A stretch of DNA of 63,559 bases, the filler included, from Chiloscyllium plagiosum (taxonomy: Eukaryota), in the NCBI RefSeq assembly GCF_004010195.1. It is 6 parts of one record of this genome, joined end to end, with 100 filler letters (N's around TTAATTAATTAA, not from the genome) between each part and the next. Parts side by side here need not be neighbours in the genome. Positions count along the whole stretch, not along the records: positions 22,591 to 45,115 come from NC_057717.1; 5 more parts are not named here. One strand, 5' to 3'. A program made the translations under genes and the position numbers. Below the pieces are notes generated by a model. It was not told where the DNA came from. It searched no databases and worked only from the letters and a program-made list of their open reading frames with translations. Position 1 is the stretch's first letter; every line of letters starts with the position of its first letter. Positions 22,591 through 36,783 of the stretch are shown piece after piece.

Positions 22591-25500
22591 ACTGCACACA
22601 ATACAGCACAATGTTCGAGATGGGGTCCCACTGAGGCCCTGTACAGCTGCAGTAAATGAATACTCATGTATTCAAATCCCCCATAAATGAAGGTGAATAC
22701 ACCATTTATCTGCCGACCCACTTTCTGCTCCTGCAATATTGCTTTCAGTGACTGGTATACAGGGAGAACCAGATTCTTTTCTATGTTACAGCTCCCTACT
22801 TGCTGGGTCTATATACACTAGTCAGTGTGCCAATGCCATTCCTAGTATTCACTTCTGGCTTCAGAACTCACTAACCTACATGGACTCGGAAGGCTGCGCA
22901 GAAATAAACAAAAATGCATCTTAAGTTCATTTAGAGATCAACATTTTTCAACCAATCCCTTTTCAAATGATAGGCTGCCATTCTATTGTTCCCTTCAAAG
23001 TACACAACATCTCATTTCTCCCGCTACTCTCCATCTACCACGTTTTTGCCCAGTCATTCCACTTGTGTCAATCACCTTGAGCTTTGGTTACACCCTGTTC
23101 ATCCACTCACAAGCTGACATCGTTTATTGCTGTCAGCAGACTTGGGAATATTGCATTTGAGCCCCTCAACCAAATATATGATGTGAATTGGGAATAGCTG
23201 GATCCGAAATCCCGATCCTTGTTATATCCTCCAAGCCTTCCATTCAAAAAAATGATTTTTTTTAAACTACTCACTGTTTCCTGCCAGCTCTCCCATTCTA
23301 AAACCATAACCATATGTTAGCCCCAGTCTCATAGGATTCTAATTTACACAAAACGTTTGGGGCTCTATCAAAAATCTACCTGAGATTCCAATGGTATTGC
23401 ATTAATACCTTCTCCATAATTTTGCTAAAAGCCACTTTCTCAAATATGATTCCCATTTCATAAGTTTCTGTTGACTTTGTCAATGCCTATTAATTTCAGT
23501 CCAACACTTACTCTAAAACTGTTTAGTTGCCAATTTCATTCTATTCCCATTTTCTCACCAGACTAAAGTTCCCTAGTATTGCGAGGAAGTTTTTTTTTTG
23601 GTTGTTTTCTTCTGTGAAAGCAAAACTAAATATTTGCTCCATAGTTCTGCTATTTCCCTGTCCTCAATTCTCTGGTATCAGACTGTAAGAGAGCTGCACC
23701 TTTCTTTTTTAATTTTGCCATTGACGTATTTTCAGAATATATAATAAGTTCACGCATATAAATTTTCATAAGATGTTCTTCAGAACTCCATCAATTTCTA
23801 TCTTAAGCTAGTCAATGATTGACCTTCCACAGACATACAATTACAGAAGCACAGACTCGGTACCATCAGAACTACAGCACGGTCTATATTATGCCCACTT
23901 TCCGACACAAGGCCTGTAGCCGTGAATCTTATGGCATTTCAAGTGCACAACAGTGTATTTTCTAATGTTTGTGAGGTTACCATGACAACTCCCCTCTCAA
24001 GATGTGCATTCCAGACCCCAACACCCTCTGGGTGAAAAGCAGTCCTCAAATCCTCACTAAACGTCAAACCCTTCACTTTAAAAGTGCGGCCATTTGACTA
24101 AAAGGAACAGCTGCTGTCTATCCACCCTGTCCATGTACCTCGTCATCCTATTCTTCTTAATCACGGCCCCCTCAGCCTTCTCTCCTCCAAACTAAACAAC
24201 CCGAGCTTATCCAGCCTCTCTTCATAGCTAATATGCTCCATCTAAGGGAACATCCTGGCCAATCTCCTCTGCACCCCTCCAGTGCAATCACATCCTTCCT
24301 GTAATGTGGCTCCCAGAACTGCACACAGTATTCCATCTTGGCCTTACTAAAGTTCCACATAGCTCTTATACTCTATGCCTCGATGTATTAAGGCTGTGTT
24401 TACTCTCCCCTATGCGTTCTCAAAAACTTATTAACTTTTCTAGTCACATTCAAGGATGTGTGGAAAAGCACCGTCTGAGTTTCCTAGTGTGCTGCTATTC
24501 ATTGAGTCCTCCCCGATCTGGTTCCTTCCTCCAAGGTACATCACCTCATGTTTATCAGGGTTACATTCCATCTGCCATTGATTCACCCATCTGACCATTC
24601 CATCTGTATCTTTCTGTAACATGAGACCTTCCTCGTCACTGCCAACCACCCGGCCAATCATTGTATCAAACACAAACTTACTTATCACCCCCCTCCCACG
24701 TCCACATACACAACTGCATCATTTATGAATACCACAAATAATAAGGTTAAACATCACACGACATCAATTTATAATCTAACAGATTTATTCGGAGGCACTA
24801 GCTTTCGAAGCGCTGCTTCTTCACCAGGTGATTGTGTGCTTCGAAAGCTCGTGCCTCCGAACAAACCGGTTGGCCTATAACCTGTTGTTAAGCGAGTTTT
24901 AGCTTTGTCCACCCCAGTCCAACATCAGCACCTCCAAATCACAAATAATAAGGGACACATGTCTGATCCCCGTGGTGTATCATTGGACACTGGCCTCCAG
25001 TCATACAAACAGCCTTCTACCACCATACCATGTTTCCTAACACTAAAGTTGATTTGGATGCAACTTGGCAAGTCACTAATGAGTCCTACCTGTTCTCTTG
25101 TTATTCAGTTCCGATTGACACACTTGTAGAACATCTGGAAATTCTCCATAATCTTAACTGCCAGCATGTTTCTATACCCCTGTGTTCGTATGCTCACTCA
25201 AAGTGAAGAATTTCCTCCTTATTGCAGTCTTAAATGGCCTAGCCCAGGTCCTTGCATTATTTGCCTTGAATGTAGATTAGACAGCCAGGAAAGCAATCTG
25301 TTAATTTCCAACTTGTCATATGTTTTCTGAATTTTCTAAATTTCACTGTGACTCACTTCTCATTCTTTGAAACTCTAGAGAATACAGGCTAAGTGTCCTC
25401 ATCAGGCAATCTCGCCATCTGAGGGATTAATCTGGAGAATGTCCACTGCACTTCCTCTTTGGTCAGTATATTCTTTCTCAGACTCGGTCACCAAAACTAT

Positions 25501-26600
25501 GCACAATACTCCAGGTACAGTCCCATCAACACGCTGTGAAACTGCTTCAACATGTCTTTATATCAATGTTCTGACTCCCTTAAATGAAGGCGAACCAAAC
25601 TTTAACTTTCCACTTACATATATTCCTCCAAATACCCTTCACATTCATTGCATTTGCGAACTCACTGTTTGAGTTCGTATAGAAACCTTCCGAAAATTCA
25701 ATATATGCCACTTCTACTGGTTCCCCATTATCTATGCTGTAAGAAACAACTTGAAACGATTCCGAAGTTTATCAAGTATGATTTCTCTATCAGAAATACT
25801 TGCTGATTCTCTCCATTGTTGCCGCTAAATACTACATATCAAAAATCCCATCCTGTGTAATAGATTCCAACAGTTTCCCTACAGATGTCAAGTTAATTGG
25901 TCTGCCGTTCTCCAAATTATGTCTTCATCGCTTTGAAGCTGCTTGGATGATCCCTTCTATTCATCTACAATGCTTGGCTCACGTTTACTAACTTCCATTT
26001 ATCTACACTGACTTTCGGTCTCTGCAGAATGTACAGGAAAATAAAATACAGTCTTCAACAGTGCAACTAATACTTCTACTGGTGATTTAGTTCTGGCATT
26101 TTGATAGGAAGTGCATCTGTTTCATCAATCCAGCTACATGTTCAAGAACTACCTTGTTATTGATATAAATTGACTTTATGTATTTAGCTGCAGAAGGCCG
26201 ATATGATAACTTGGTATTTCTGGATCTTCCTGAATGAAGACTGACGCAAAGTAACTGGTTATTTTCTTTGCAATTTCCCTGTCCTCCATAATAAGCTCTC
26301 CTCTCGCGATTACAAATTTCCACATTTGATCATGCTTTTATTTTGTTTCCTTTGAAAAAAAGATCGTAGATTGATGCAGTCTTTGTGTCCCTGTTCGTTA
26401 CCATGCGCGTTCTCTTTTTGATTTCCTAATCAGTTTCACGGCCTTCCTTTTCTGGCCGTTAATTTCTGAGAATTGTCAGGTTTACACAATATCTGGAATT
26501 CTTCTGAAGTCACTTCCTATGATTACTATATTTTCCAATTTGTTATGTTAACCTTCACTGAGTCACTTTCCCTTCCTTTGGTGTTTGTGCCTGAAATAAA
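22591..26600 (-). mobile_element. Field of old CR1-clade LINE fragments, mostly minus strand
   Basis: Minus peptides LYRASVGPHLEHC, EYCVQFWEPHYRKDVIALE and ISKFVFDT.IG (a FADD-region relic), plus 3' end remnants near 23870. Confidence 0.75.
24747..24940. mobile_element. Penelope-like terminus (family C) as a tail-to-tail inverted repeat
   Basis: Arms ...ttattcggaggcactagctttcgaagc and gcttcgaaagctcgtgcctccgaacaa.... Same family as 63431-63517. Degenerate core CTGGTGA on minus. Confidence 0.75.
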
Positions 26601-26629
26601 TAGACATATTTTTCAGACTTTGCAGTATT

Positions 26630-28320
26630 TATATAAATCTCCTGGCCCTGACCAGATATATTCAGGAACACTGCAGAAGAATAGAGAAGAAATTGCGGGT
26701 GCCCTGGTTGGTTCTTTTCCATCATCGCTGGCCAACGACTGAGGTCCTGGACGACTGGAGGGTAGCAAATGCTGAGCCCTTATTCAAGAAAGGCTACAAA
26801 GATAAAACTGGGCACCAACGGCCAGTAAACCTAAAATCTAGTAGGTAAGGTACTTGAGAAGGTTCCGAGAGATTGGATATACTTGCATTTGGAACGACAG
26901 GGTATGATTGATTCGGAGTAATATTAGAATGGTGCTGGAAAAGCACAGTAGGTCATGCAGCATCCGAGGAACAGGAAAATCGATGTTTCAGGCAAAAGCC
27001 CTTCATCAAAGTCAGCACGGCTTTGTGCTTGGGAGATCATGACTCACAAATTTGTTGGAGTTCTTTGATGAAGTGACCAGCAACGTTGAGGAGGGCAGGG
27101 TGGTATACATAGCCTAGATCGATTCCAGTAAGGCCTTCAGTAAACTTCCACATGATACGCTGCTCTGGAAGGTTAGATCACGGGGAATTGAGGGGAACTG
27201 GCAAATTCGATACCAAATTGGCTTGATGGTAGGAAGCAGAGGGTAATACTGGAATAATGCTGTCAGACTGGAGATCTGTGACTATTGGATTGACTCAGGG
27301 GCTGGTGTTGGGACCACTACATGTTACATATATCTATGATTTAGATGAGAATGTGCAGGCATGATTTGTTAGTATGAAGACGACACTAAAATAGGCAGCA
27401 TCATGCAGAGTGAGGAAGGTTATCAGAAATTTAGAAATTACAGCAATACCTTGATCAGCTGGGGAAGTGGGCTGAGAAATGGCAAATGGATTTTAATATA
27501 GATCAGTGAAAGATCTTGCATTTTGACAATTCAAATCAAGGTCGGAGTTTCATGGTGAATGATTGGGTCCTAAGGTGTGTAGTGGAACAGAGGCACCTCA
27601 GAATTCAGGTTCATGGTTCTCTGAAAGATGATTCAGAGGTAGACCTGACAGTGAAGAAAGCTTTTGGCACACTGGCCTTCATCAGTGTATATCACTGTGT
27701 ATCGAAATTAGAGCGGTACGTTGCAGTTATACAGGATGCTGGTGAGGCCATACAGGTAGCGTTATGTTCAGTTTTGTTCACTGGGAGGCAAGCAATGGTT
27801 GTGAGAATCATAGATGCTATTAAGCTGGAAAGAGTACAGGAAAAATTTACAACAATGTTGCCGTCTCAATGATCTGAGTTATAGAGAGAGCTTGGACAAG
27901 CTAGGACGTTTTTTACTTTAGCGTGTATGAGGCTGAGGGGGATATGAAATAAGTGTATAAAATCATGACAGGCAGGGACAGAGTGGATGCACGCGGTCTT
28001 TTTTTCCCCCCAGTGTTGGGCAATCACAGTCTAGAGGGAATCAGTTTAAGGCGAGAGGGAAAAGAATAAAAGGGAACCTGAGGAAGAATTTTTTACACAG
28101 AGAACTTTTTACACATATAGAATGAATTGCCAGCGGAAGAGGTTGTGTTGGCTACTTTCACAACCGTTAAAAGTCATTTGGCCAAATACACGGATAGGAA
28201 AGTATTACAAGAATATGGGGCAATGGCAGTGAAGTGGGGTTACCGTGGATGGACATGTTGTTGGAATTGACTATTTTGGACCAAAGGGTCTGTCTCCGTG
28301 CTGTGGGACTCTATGACTCT
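26630..28320 (+). mobile_element. 5'-truncated, decayed CR1 LINE (RT to 3' end) with a Penelope-terminus insertion at about 26922-27008
   Basis: KSPGPDQIY...EEIAGAL, LTNLLEFFDEVT, MHFD.SNQ and LERVQEKFT.ML motifs; tail ctctatgactctaa. Confidence 0.9.
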
Positions 28321-28942
28321 AACAACCATTGCTTGCCTCCCACTGAATGCTATATTGTACTTTCCCAATTCACTGGAACAAACTTGACCCTCTAGCCTCC
28401 AGGCTTCCATGATGTTTATCCAGAATGATCAAGCATTCTATATTGTATGCAGGCACCGTGTAAAATCCACCTTATTAACGTCACTATTTCCTAAAAGCTG
28501 CTTCAGAGCAAGGTTAGTAATTCGTTATTCTGACCACACAACACCAAATCCGAAATAAGCTGCTCTCTAGTTTGCTTCACAGCATACTCTTCAACCCACC
28601 TCATATAAACTTATGGACTTTATTTTACACAGAATGAGCAGTCACTTAGTTAATGCAGTTTAGATACAACTTGAGACCATCTAATAAGACTGCGGTATCG
28701 ACAATACTTGCCTATCTAATTTCGAGTGCATGTGATGCTCAAATTTTCTGCAGCAGTTTTGGTTTCGAGATATAACACACCAATATTTGCTTCTCCTTCC
28801 CATTTGTAAGCTCTACCAAAACTGATTCTGTGGAAGCTGAGGGACAGGTCTTTGTCATTATTAGTGTTAGACTTGGACAAAACATTCGGGGAGCGTCATC
28901 TCGACACTGAGATGATCTGAAGTAATGACCATCAACACAGGA

Positions 28943-29500
28943 CAAGCATCAGGAACCTCCCCGCTCTATCAGGATAAAGGTCTGCTCCCTCACACACACT
29001 GTGTATCTGTTATAACACCTACCCCCAGACAATCCTCATGCTGTATCTCCAAATAAGGCTAAGGCACTACCACTCTCACTATTGAATTCGGTAACTTCCT
29101 TCCCTCACTTTCTCTGTCACCTACGCAATACACCCCACATTAATAACACTATATGGATTCAAAACTGTCGACTGCCTCATTCCGGACACCTCACAATTCC
29201 CCCCAGCACCACCTCCACCAGCACTAACAGCAGGGCCACCCACTCCTGCCCTCACTCCCTCCCTCCCTTTCTCCCATTCCAAAGGAAACAGCCTGGAATA
29301 GGACAGAAAGGGCAAAGCTGGGTGGTGGAGTGCCCAATATCCGTTCCCTCATCCCCTCACCCCGCCATGTGGGTAGGACCCTAGTATGAGATGGAGTGGA
29401 ATGGGATGCCTCGCGTGGAATTTCTGAAACATCCATGCCCCATTGACTGATTAAGGTGCAGTGCTCATTGAAAGACAATTCTCAGTTTATACCCACTGGC
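28943..29500 (+). mobile_element. Harbinger (PIF) Myb/SANT-gene relic, partial copy
   Basis: Colinear with 52030-52570. Translates TAWNRTERAKLGGGVPNIRSLIP after an acceptor-like tract. Confidence 0.65.
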
Positions 29501-30988
29501 AGTTCCAACAACAGTCCTTTCACTCCCCAAAAAACCCCACAGATACTTCATTGCACAGAGATGCAGACATAGGAATACACAGAATTCTTGGTAAAGACCC
29601 CAATATGTGAACAAACACAATACATACAAGGGGATAGGTATGCACACACGTAGAAACACACACAGACATATAGCCACACACAAATAGACACAAACACAGA
29701 GAGAAATATATAGGCTGATACACAGAACGACAGATGGAGACACACAAATACACAGATGACAAGCAGATGAACACACATATACTCGCACACAGACACAAAC
29801 ACTAGTGTCATTAAGACACAAATAGATAAGTTTTTGATTTATAAGGGGATCAAGGATTCTCGGGGGAGGCAGGAGAATGAGGTTGAGGAACATATAAGAA
29901 ATTATTGAATGGCCTATCCGACTCGATGGGCCGAATATCCTCATTCTGCTCCGTTTTTCATGCTCGTGTGGTGATATGCTATCATGTATTCTCTTCCTGA
30001 GACATCAGCAGAGGCTGGGTTTGATATATATTTGATTGGAAAGGATCAGTGGTAATGTGGGATAGGTTTGGTTTATGTGTATTCCTAATTATTCTGACTT
30101 ATGTCTGAAAAGAGGTGGTGATTTGTTGTTCAGTTAACACAGTTTTAAAGAAACAGAGCTGAAAATGTGTTGCTGGAAAAGCGCAGCAGGTCAGGCAGCA
30201 TCCAGGGAACAGGAGAATCGACGTTTCGGGCATAAGGTTTATACCCACTGGCAGTTCCAACAACAGTCCTTTCACTCCCCAAAAAAACCCACAGATACTT
30301 CATTGCACAGAGATGCAGACATAGGAATACACAGAATTCTTGGTAAAGACCCCAATATGTGAACAAACACAATACATACAAGCGGATAGGTATGCACACA
30401 CGTAGAAACACACACAGACATACAGCCACACACAAATAGACACAAACACAGAGAGAAATATATAGGCTGATACACAGAACGACAGATGGAGACACACAAA
30501 TACACAGATGACAAGCAGATGAACACACACATACTCGCACACAGACACAAACACTAGTGTCATTAAGACACAAATAGATAAGTTTTTGATTTATAAGGGG
30601 ATCAAGGATTCTCGGGGGAGGCAGGAGAATGAGGTTGAGGAACATATAAGAAATTATTGAATGGCCTATCCGACTCGATGGGCCGAATATCCTCATTCTG
30701 CTCCGTTTTTCATGCTCGTGTGGTGATATGCTATCATGTATTCTCTTCCTGAGACATCAGCAGAGGCTGGGTTTGATATATATTTGATTGGAAAGGATCA
30801 GTGGTAATGTGGGATAGGTTTGGTTTATGTGTATTCCTAATTATTCTGACTTATGTCTGAAAAGAGGTGGTGATTTGTTGTTCAGTTAACACAGTTTTAA
30901 AGAAACAGAGCTGAAAATGTGTTGCTGGAAAAGCGCAGCAGGTCAGGCAGCATCCAGGGAACAGGAGAATCGACGTTTCGGGCATAAG
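29486..30988. repeat. Near-identical tandem duplication, period 752 bp
   Basis: tttatacccactggcagttccaac at 29486 and 30238. Both copies end in gacgtttcgggcataag, with only a handful of differences. Includes a CA-rich tract and a CR1 3' end. Confidence 0.95.
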
Positions 30989-31130
30989 CCCTTCCTCATT
31001 CCTGAAGAAGGGCTTATGCCCGAAACGTCGATTCTCCTGTTCCCTGGATGCTGCCTGACCTGCTGTGCTTTTCCAGCAACACATTTTCAGCTCTGATCTC
31101 CAGCATCTGCAGTCCTCACTTTCTCCTTTT
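30906..31130 (+). mobile_element. Penelope-like terminus (family A) as an 89-bp inverted repeat with a hammerhead core at 31002-31029
   Basis: Arms 30906-30994 and 31007-31095 with one mismatch. Core CTGAAGA A GGGC TTAT GCCC GAAA CGTC, the same as in the GIY-YIG-linked copy at 53609. Confidence 0.85.
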
Positions 31131-32577
31131 AAATAAACAGGTCCCACAATGAAATAAGGACGTCCCTTTCACTTTAGTTTTGTGCTACCTGTGGTGTCCT
31201 CATCCTCAGGGAGCAGTGAAGACTCGGTTATTGAAGATATTCAAGCTGAGCACGACTGACCTTTGCTGGATAGGAGAGTCAATGTTTATTAGGAACAGAC
31301 AGGATACGGATGTTCAGACACACTCGGATCAGCCATGAGCATTCTGAATGGTGCAGTCAAATTACCAACTGCTGCTCCTACGCCAGGTGTTGTTCCTCAA
31401 TCTAGCTCTTGATGCTGTTACAGAGATATACTGCTTTCCATACCTCATGTGTTGTTCCCTCAATCCAGCCCTCGATGCTGTTAGAGATATATTGCTGTCC
31501 CTACCCTATGTGTAGTTGCTCAATCCACCCCTCGAGGCAGTTACATTTTAGAATCGTTACAATGAGACAAGATGAGACCATTCTTCCCCTCTAAGGACTT
31601 ACACAGGAATATAGAATGAAGCAATGCAGCTCGCTGAGTACATTACACAGCCCAGGAGGAGGCCATTAAACCTGTCTGAATGGATATACAGAAACAGGGA
31701 AGCTGTCGCTGACAGGAAATAGAGAGTAGAGACAAATGTTTATTTTCCGGCTGCAAAGCTGTAACTGATGGAGTGCCTCAGAGATCGCTGTGGTGTCATC
31801 AATGATCAATAATCTGTTTCAAAGATCTGGAGGAAGGGGAGGGAATGGCTTCGAGCTCAATTAGCTCACACCAAGATGGTCATTCAATGTGTCATCAAAT
31901 GGATGGAGTGAGTCTGCAATGTGATACAGTCAGAAAGAGTTAGTGAGCAAACCTTCAGCAGAAATAACATATGGTAAGTTGTCGATTTCGACATGAATGA
32001 TAAAACAATGGTAAACAATTTAAATGATGCACTATGTGAAATTTTGATCACCTAAACTAAAATGAAAGGATATAATTATTTTCGAAGATTTCCAAAGAGG
32101 TGTCTCTTTACTCATTCCTGGAATGATGGACTTCTGTTATCGGTGATTATCAGTTTTGATCTCAGCTGAGAAACAGTATTAAACCATCCATGACTTTCTG
32201 AAAAGTGTATCAACTGGATGCATGTTATCTCTTGTCAGGGAGAGTAAAGCGAGAGAATAAATTTTAAGTAAAAGATGTATTGATATTAACACACATACTA
32301 TGAAGACACCTACCAATAGTTACAAATTAGCCAGGCACATGTAAGCATGTAATCAAATTATAAAATGGGAACTTTTTTTGAGATTGAAAGGAATTGTGTA
32401 TAAGAGCAATGACGCACCTGTAAATAATCCATAATCAGGTTTTCCAGAGAATGTTCCAGGAGAGCACATATGGACCAGTTTGTGTACAGTTGACATTATT
32501 GTATGTTTCAACACAGAGTGGGATAAAAATGTTCCCTGCCTGAGAAGCAGTATCCAATTGATCTCTCTCTCTTACTT

Positions 32578-32737
32578 TTTAGATTAGATTAGATTACAGT
32601 GTGGAAACAGGCCCTTCGGCCCAACAAGTCCACACCGACACGCCGAAGCGAAACCCACCCATACCCCTACATTTACCCCTTACCTAACACTATGGGCAAT
32701 TTAGTATGGCCAATTCACCTGACCCTGCACATCTTTG
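32578..32737 (-). mobile_element. 5'-truncated HE1-like SINE
   Basis: Nearly identical to 3577-3725, with a (TCTAA)n tail. Confidence 0.9.
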
Positions 32738-35700
32738 TTACGCCCAATAGCAAAGTGTAAGACCATAAAATCCCTGAGTTATCTGTACCACTTGTGAAGG
32801 ATTCCTGGTGAGGATTCATTGGAATCTCTCCACTGCCTGAAACAAAGGGAATTTTGCCAAATCCAACTGTTCCGGAAAGAAATCCCACGACCAGTAGCTT
32901 GTCTGAGCAGAATAATTTCTAAGCTGAATAACATTTGGGACAGTCTTTCATTTTACCATTTGTTATAAGTTCAACTTTCTGTGTCTTATATTTTTCTAGA
33001 AAATGACCTACTCTGAGACCTATATCACTGGCCACCTCTCTAAACTGTTTGCATTTAAGATAGGTGTAAGCAGTGGAGGAGTGGGACTGGAAAAGAAAAC
33101 AGTGACCCTCCAACATTGGTTGGAACACAAATGAGAAATTTAAAAGGGCTGTTCAAGTGGGAATTCCCTTCCCCAGAAGTTTGTGGTGCCTAGATGTTTG
33201 CATTTATTCAAAGTTGTTTTTGGTGACATTTGACAGACAAATGAATTTAGGAAAATGTTATACAGACAGAAAAGTACTGCTGAGACCACAATCACATCAC
33301 CCATGATGTCTACGCATGTTGGAGCGGTGACACAGTGTCTAATAGCCCACTTCTGCTGCTCAGTCCTATGTCCCTATGTTCCATTCAACGCTTCACAGCT
33401 CTTGCAAGGAGCAGATGGAGGCCACTTACTTCAAATACCTGGTCCACAGTAATGCATGATCTCATTCAATCCCTCCAGACTGTCACACACGGTTTAGTGT
33501 GGGTTGGAAAAGACACCTCTGGTCTCTATAGAGTATGCCCTCTCTGCAACTTGTGCTTCATTTGCTGGTCATGGTGTAGACCCAGATTCACTGCGAATGT
33601 AGCTCCCATACCTCACCCAGAGATGACTCACAAAGTACTTTGCTCTCTCTGATTGCAACGTCCAATAACAGAACGTTCAGGAAAATTACAACCATTAACT
33701 TTGTAATTACAGAATATGAAGACATAAGGAACAGAATCAGGTAATTCGGACGATCAAGCCGTTGTATACCATCATGGCTGATCTACTGTTGACATTAACT
33801 CCTTTTAATGCCCAATTCTTCTCACCGCTAAGCTCTGACAGTTCAAAATCCATCTACCACCCCCTTAAATACTTTCAGTGATGTAGCTCCCATAACTCTC
33901 TAGCCCAGATAATTCCTAACAGTGATGACCCTCTGTGTTCGGAAAACACTCCCTGTACGCACCCTGTCACCTATTGATATGAACAAGAGATGAACGCAGG
34001 GGCTCATGAAAGAGTGAATGTCCTTGATATCAAGGCAGTATTTGTCTAAGGATGGCATCGAGACCACCTACTTATTTGAGCTGAATGGGAATCAGGTGTA
34101 ACCTCCCACTTGTCTGGGTCTTTCAGAGCTCAAAGAAAGATGTTTGTGGTTGGCAGCCAATAATCCTTCCACTTCCGGGACAACTCATCAGGTAAGCTTC
34201 CTGAGCACGAACATCTTCAGCTGCTCCATCAATGTCTTTCCCCATCATAAGATCTGAAGTGGGGATGATGACTTAAGATCACACAATGTTCAGAACATTT
34301 TGTTCCTCATCAGCTTCTGAGCCATTCTGTGTCCATGTGCAGCAGGACCCAGACAGCATTCCAGCAAAAATTAACAACTTTATTTATTAAAGCATAACAG
34401 AGAATAATAAACAAACGACTATTTACAACTTCTTCCTCTAACCTATCTTTTACCTCCCCCTCCACGAGACTAGTCCGGTAAGACTCCTAATTAAGATATA
34501 CAAAACAAAACTTCTTATCTCAAAACCAGGAAGTTTTCGGTTCTTCTACATATACCTGTCTTCATTTGTTCTTGTGGATTCTGCTTCACTAGTTACTAAT
34601 CAATAAAAGTATCTTGAGGAGAGCTATTTTTCAGGTAGTCTTTGCCTGCTGGTATCTTGGAAGTTCTGCTCTGAACTGTCCAATTTTACACAGTCTTGTC
34701 CACCAAACCATCGGATTGTGTCATTGGCTGTTAAGATTGTCAATATATTAAATTCAAACTTGATTTGAGGTGGGTATTTTGGGGTATAAACTGTTTGGCT
34801 GAATTTGTTTTTGTCTCGAGACAATGAGCTAATCGAGTTGTTCAACAAAATGTTACATTATATCTATTTTTCAGAACACTTGGTGCTGTCAAGTGGTTAT
34901 TGCTGGCTTTTAATTCTCCTCAAGGTACAGTACACCCACATGTTCATCATCAAAGTGACACGGAAACCTGACTAGGGAAGCATGACACACATTGACTTTG
35001 CGAAAGGACTTGAGTCAAACAGATGGATTTTTTTTTATAATAAATCATAATGGTTGCTTTTAAATTCCACCAATTTCCTTCATGGGATAACAACAGACTA
35101 TTACTCCGTGGCTCTCGATTATGAGTCAATGAATTGACCATCATAAACTGCTTTCCCGTATGTACCAAGAACAAGTTAAACATCCTCACGAGCAATTATT
35201 TAGTGACAGACAAGTGGTTCGAAAGAACTTGAAACTGATGCATCCGGATTGAACAAAGGCACAAATATAATTTTTGAAATATTTGAGAAGTGGTGAGGCA
35301 AGTTGCTATTTCACCCAGAGTATGACAGGATCTGGGAGTCACACATGGAAGTAGATTACAGGCAGAAACTCTCAAACCATTATACAAAGATGCCTGATCT
35401 GCACCTGAAAGCCTACCGTCTCCGGGAGACAGGACTAGGTCTTTTAAAAAAAGTTACTTCTTGTCCAATGCAGACAATGATATCCACTATGCTGTGCTAT
35501 TTTCTGAAGTTTTCAAAGGTTACCAATGTCTGACAGGGTCAAAACGCAGGGATGAGGGGAGAGGGCCAGGAGGAGCAGTGTGTAAATTGATTAGCATCAC
35601 AATAATACTGCTCCCATTCTTTATAAACAATGCTACTTCATTGTGTTGGTCTTTTTGTCCTTCTTGTACAAATGGGGAAACCTTTGATTATCCAGTTCTC

Positions 35701-36513
35701 AGTCGTGATCCCACTGCAGCCACATCTCCATAATGACAGAGATACCTGACCTGGTTCGTACAATTTATAGCGACAATTTCGTTGGCCTTGTTGAACCGGT
35801 CGTAATGAATTCAGGGATATTAGCAAGTGCAGAGCCCAGGATGGCTGTAGGGTACAGAGGAGCTTACAGAGATAGGAAGGTATGTGAAGGCTGGGGGATA
35901 TTACAGGGATATGGGTTATTCTATAGGCGGAAGGAGATTGCAAAGACTAGAATAGTTTTAGGTTTTAATTGAAGTGTCAATGGAGCTGGGCCAGCCAGAA
36001 TATTGATCCTTGCAGAGAAAAACCCTCCCCGAAACCTGAAAAAAATGTTACCTGAACAATTTATCACATGATATAGCTGTCCCTGTCTCTGCACCAGAAA
36101 TATACATTCTGTCCACTGTGCCTATAACGGCCAGTCTCTGGAAAATCCTTCATGTTCCATGACCCTTTCCACTTTTGTAAACCTACTAGTTTCTATAAAC
36201 ATTCCTATTTGTGTAAAGGTCTCCATGCCCTATGAAGCTCCCTGCTTCGAAACCCCCTCTTCCTTTTGGAGAAGGTCACACACAAATGGCGAATCGAGTT
36301 TTTGGAAGTGGTGAGAAATTAGTAAGAGACGTTCTGGGTGGAGGACGTTGAGATCGACTGTTTGCAGAAAACAGAAAAAAAACCTTGTATAGCTCCAGCA
36401 GGAGATTGATAACAGGAGGGTCGACTGAAAGGTTCAGGACTTTCCTTGGAGAATTTTGCAGAGACAGCGTTGGCGAAACTGAAGGAGCTTTGACAGCCGA
36501 GGAGATTTGTAGG

Positions 36514-36783
36514 TGTTAATAAACGTTAGAGATACATGGAGGGCTTTTACCATGATTTGGACGGGGTCAGTCAAGTCAACCTCAATAATGCCTGTTCCCT
36601 GATTGGGACTGTGAACCTGGTCCAATCAGCGAATTCTGGCTGACAGAAATAAACAAGACCATCAGGGGCTCTGTTCACTATAGGTGCCGGCTCTGAGCTC
36701 GTGTGGGTCAGTGCTATGTACCATGCATGGAGAAATAAAAGGTGATTTGTTTACGAAATACCGGGCTCTGTGGAGTTATTTCA
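36514..36783 (+). mobile_element. Probable solo LTR
   Basis: TG...CA ends, paired CCAAT boxes (ctgattgg...ccaatcag), a TATA-like aaataaac and aataaa before the end. No target-site duplication seen. Confidence 0.5.

Noticed and set aside
29465..30696. Duplicated hydrophobic Cys/Val-rich ORFs
   Set aside because: Translation of a (TG)-rich tract plus a CR1 3' end.
35672..35750. MGKPLIIQ... resembling the start of a GPR139-like exon 1
   Set aside because: Lacks the YYP.LA..GVP motif and the phase-1 donor.
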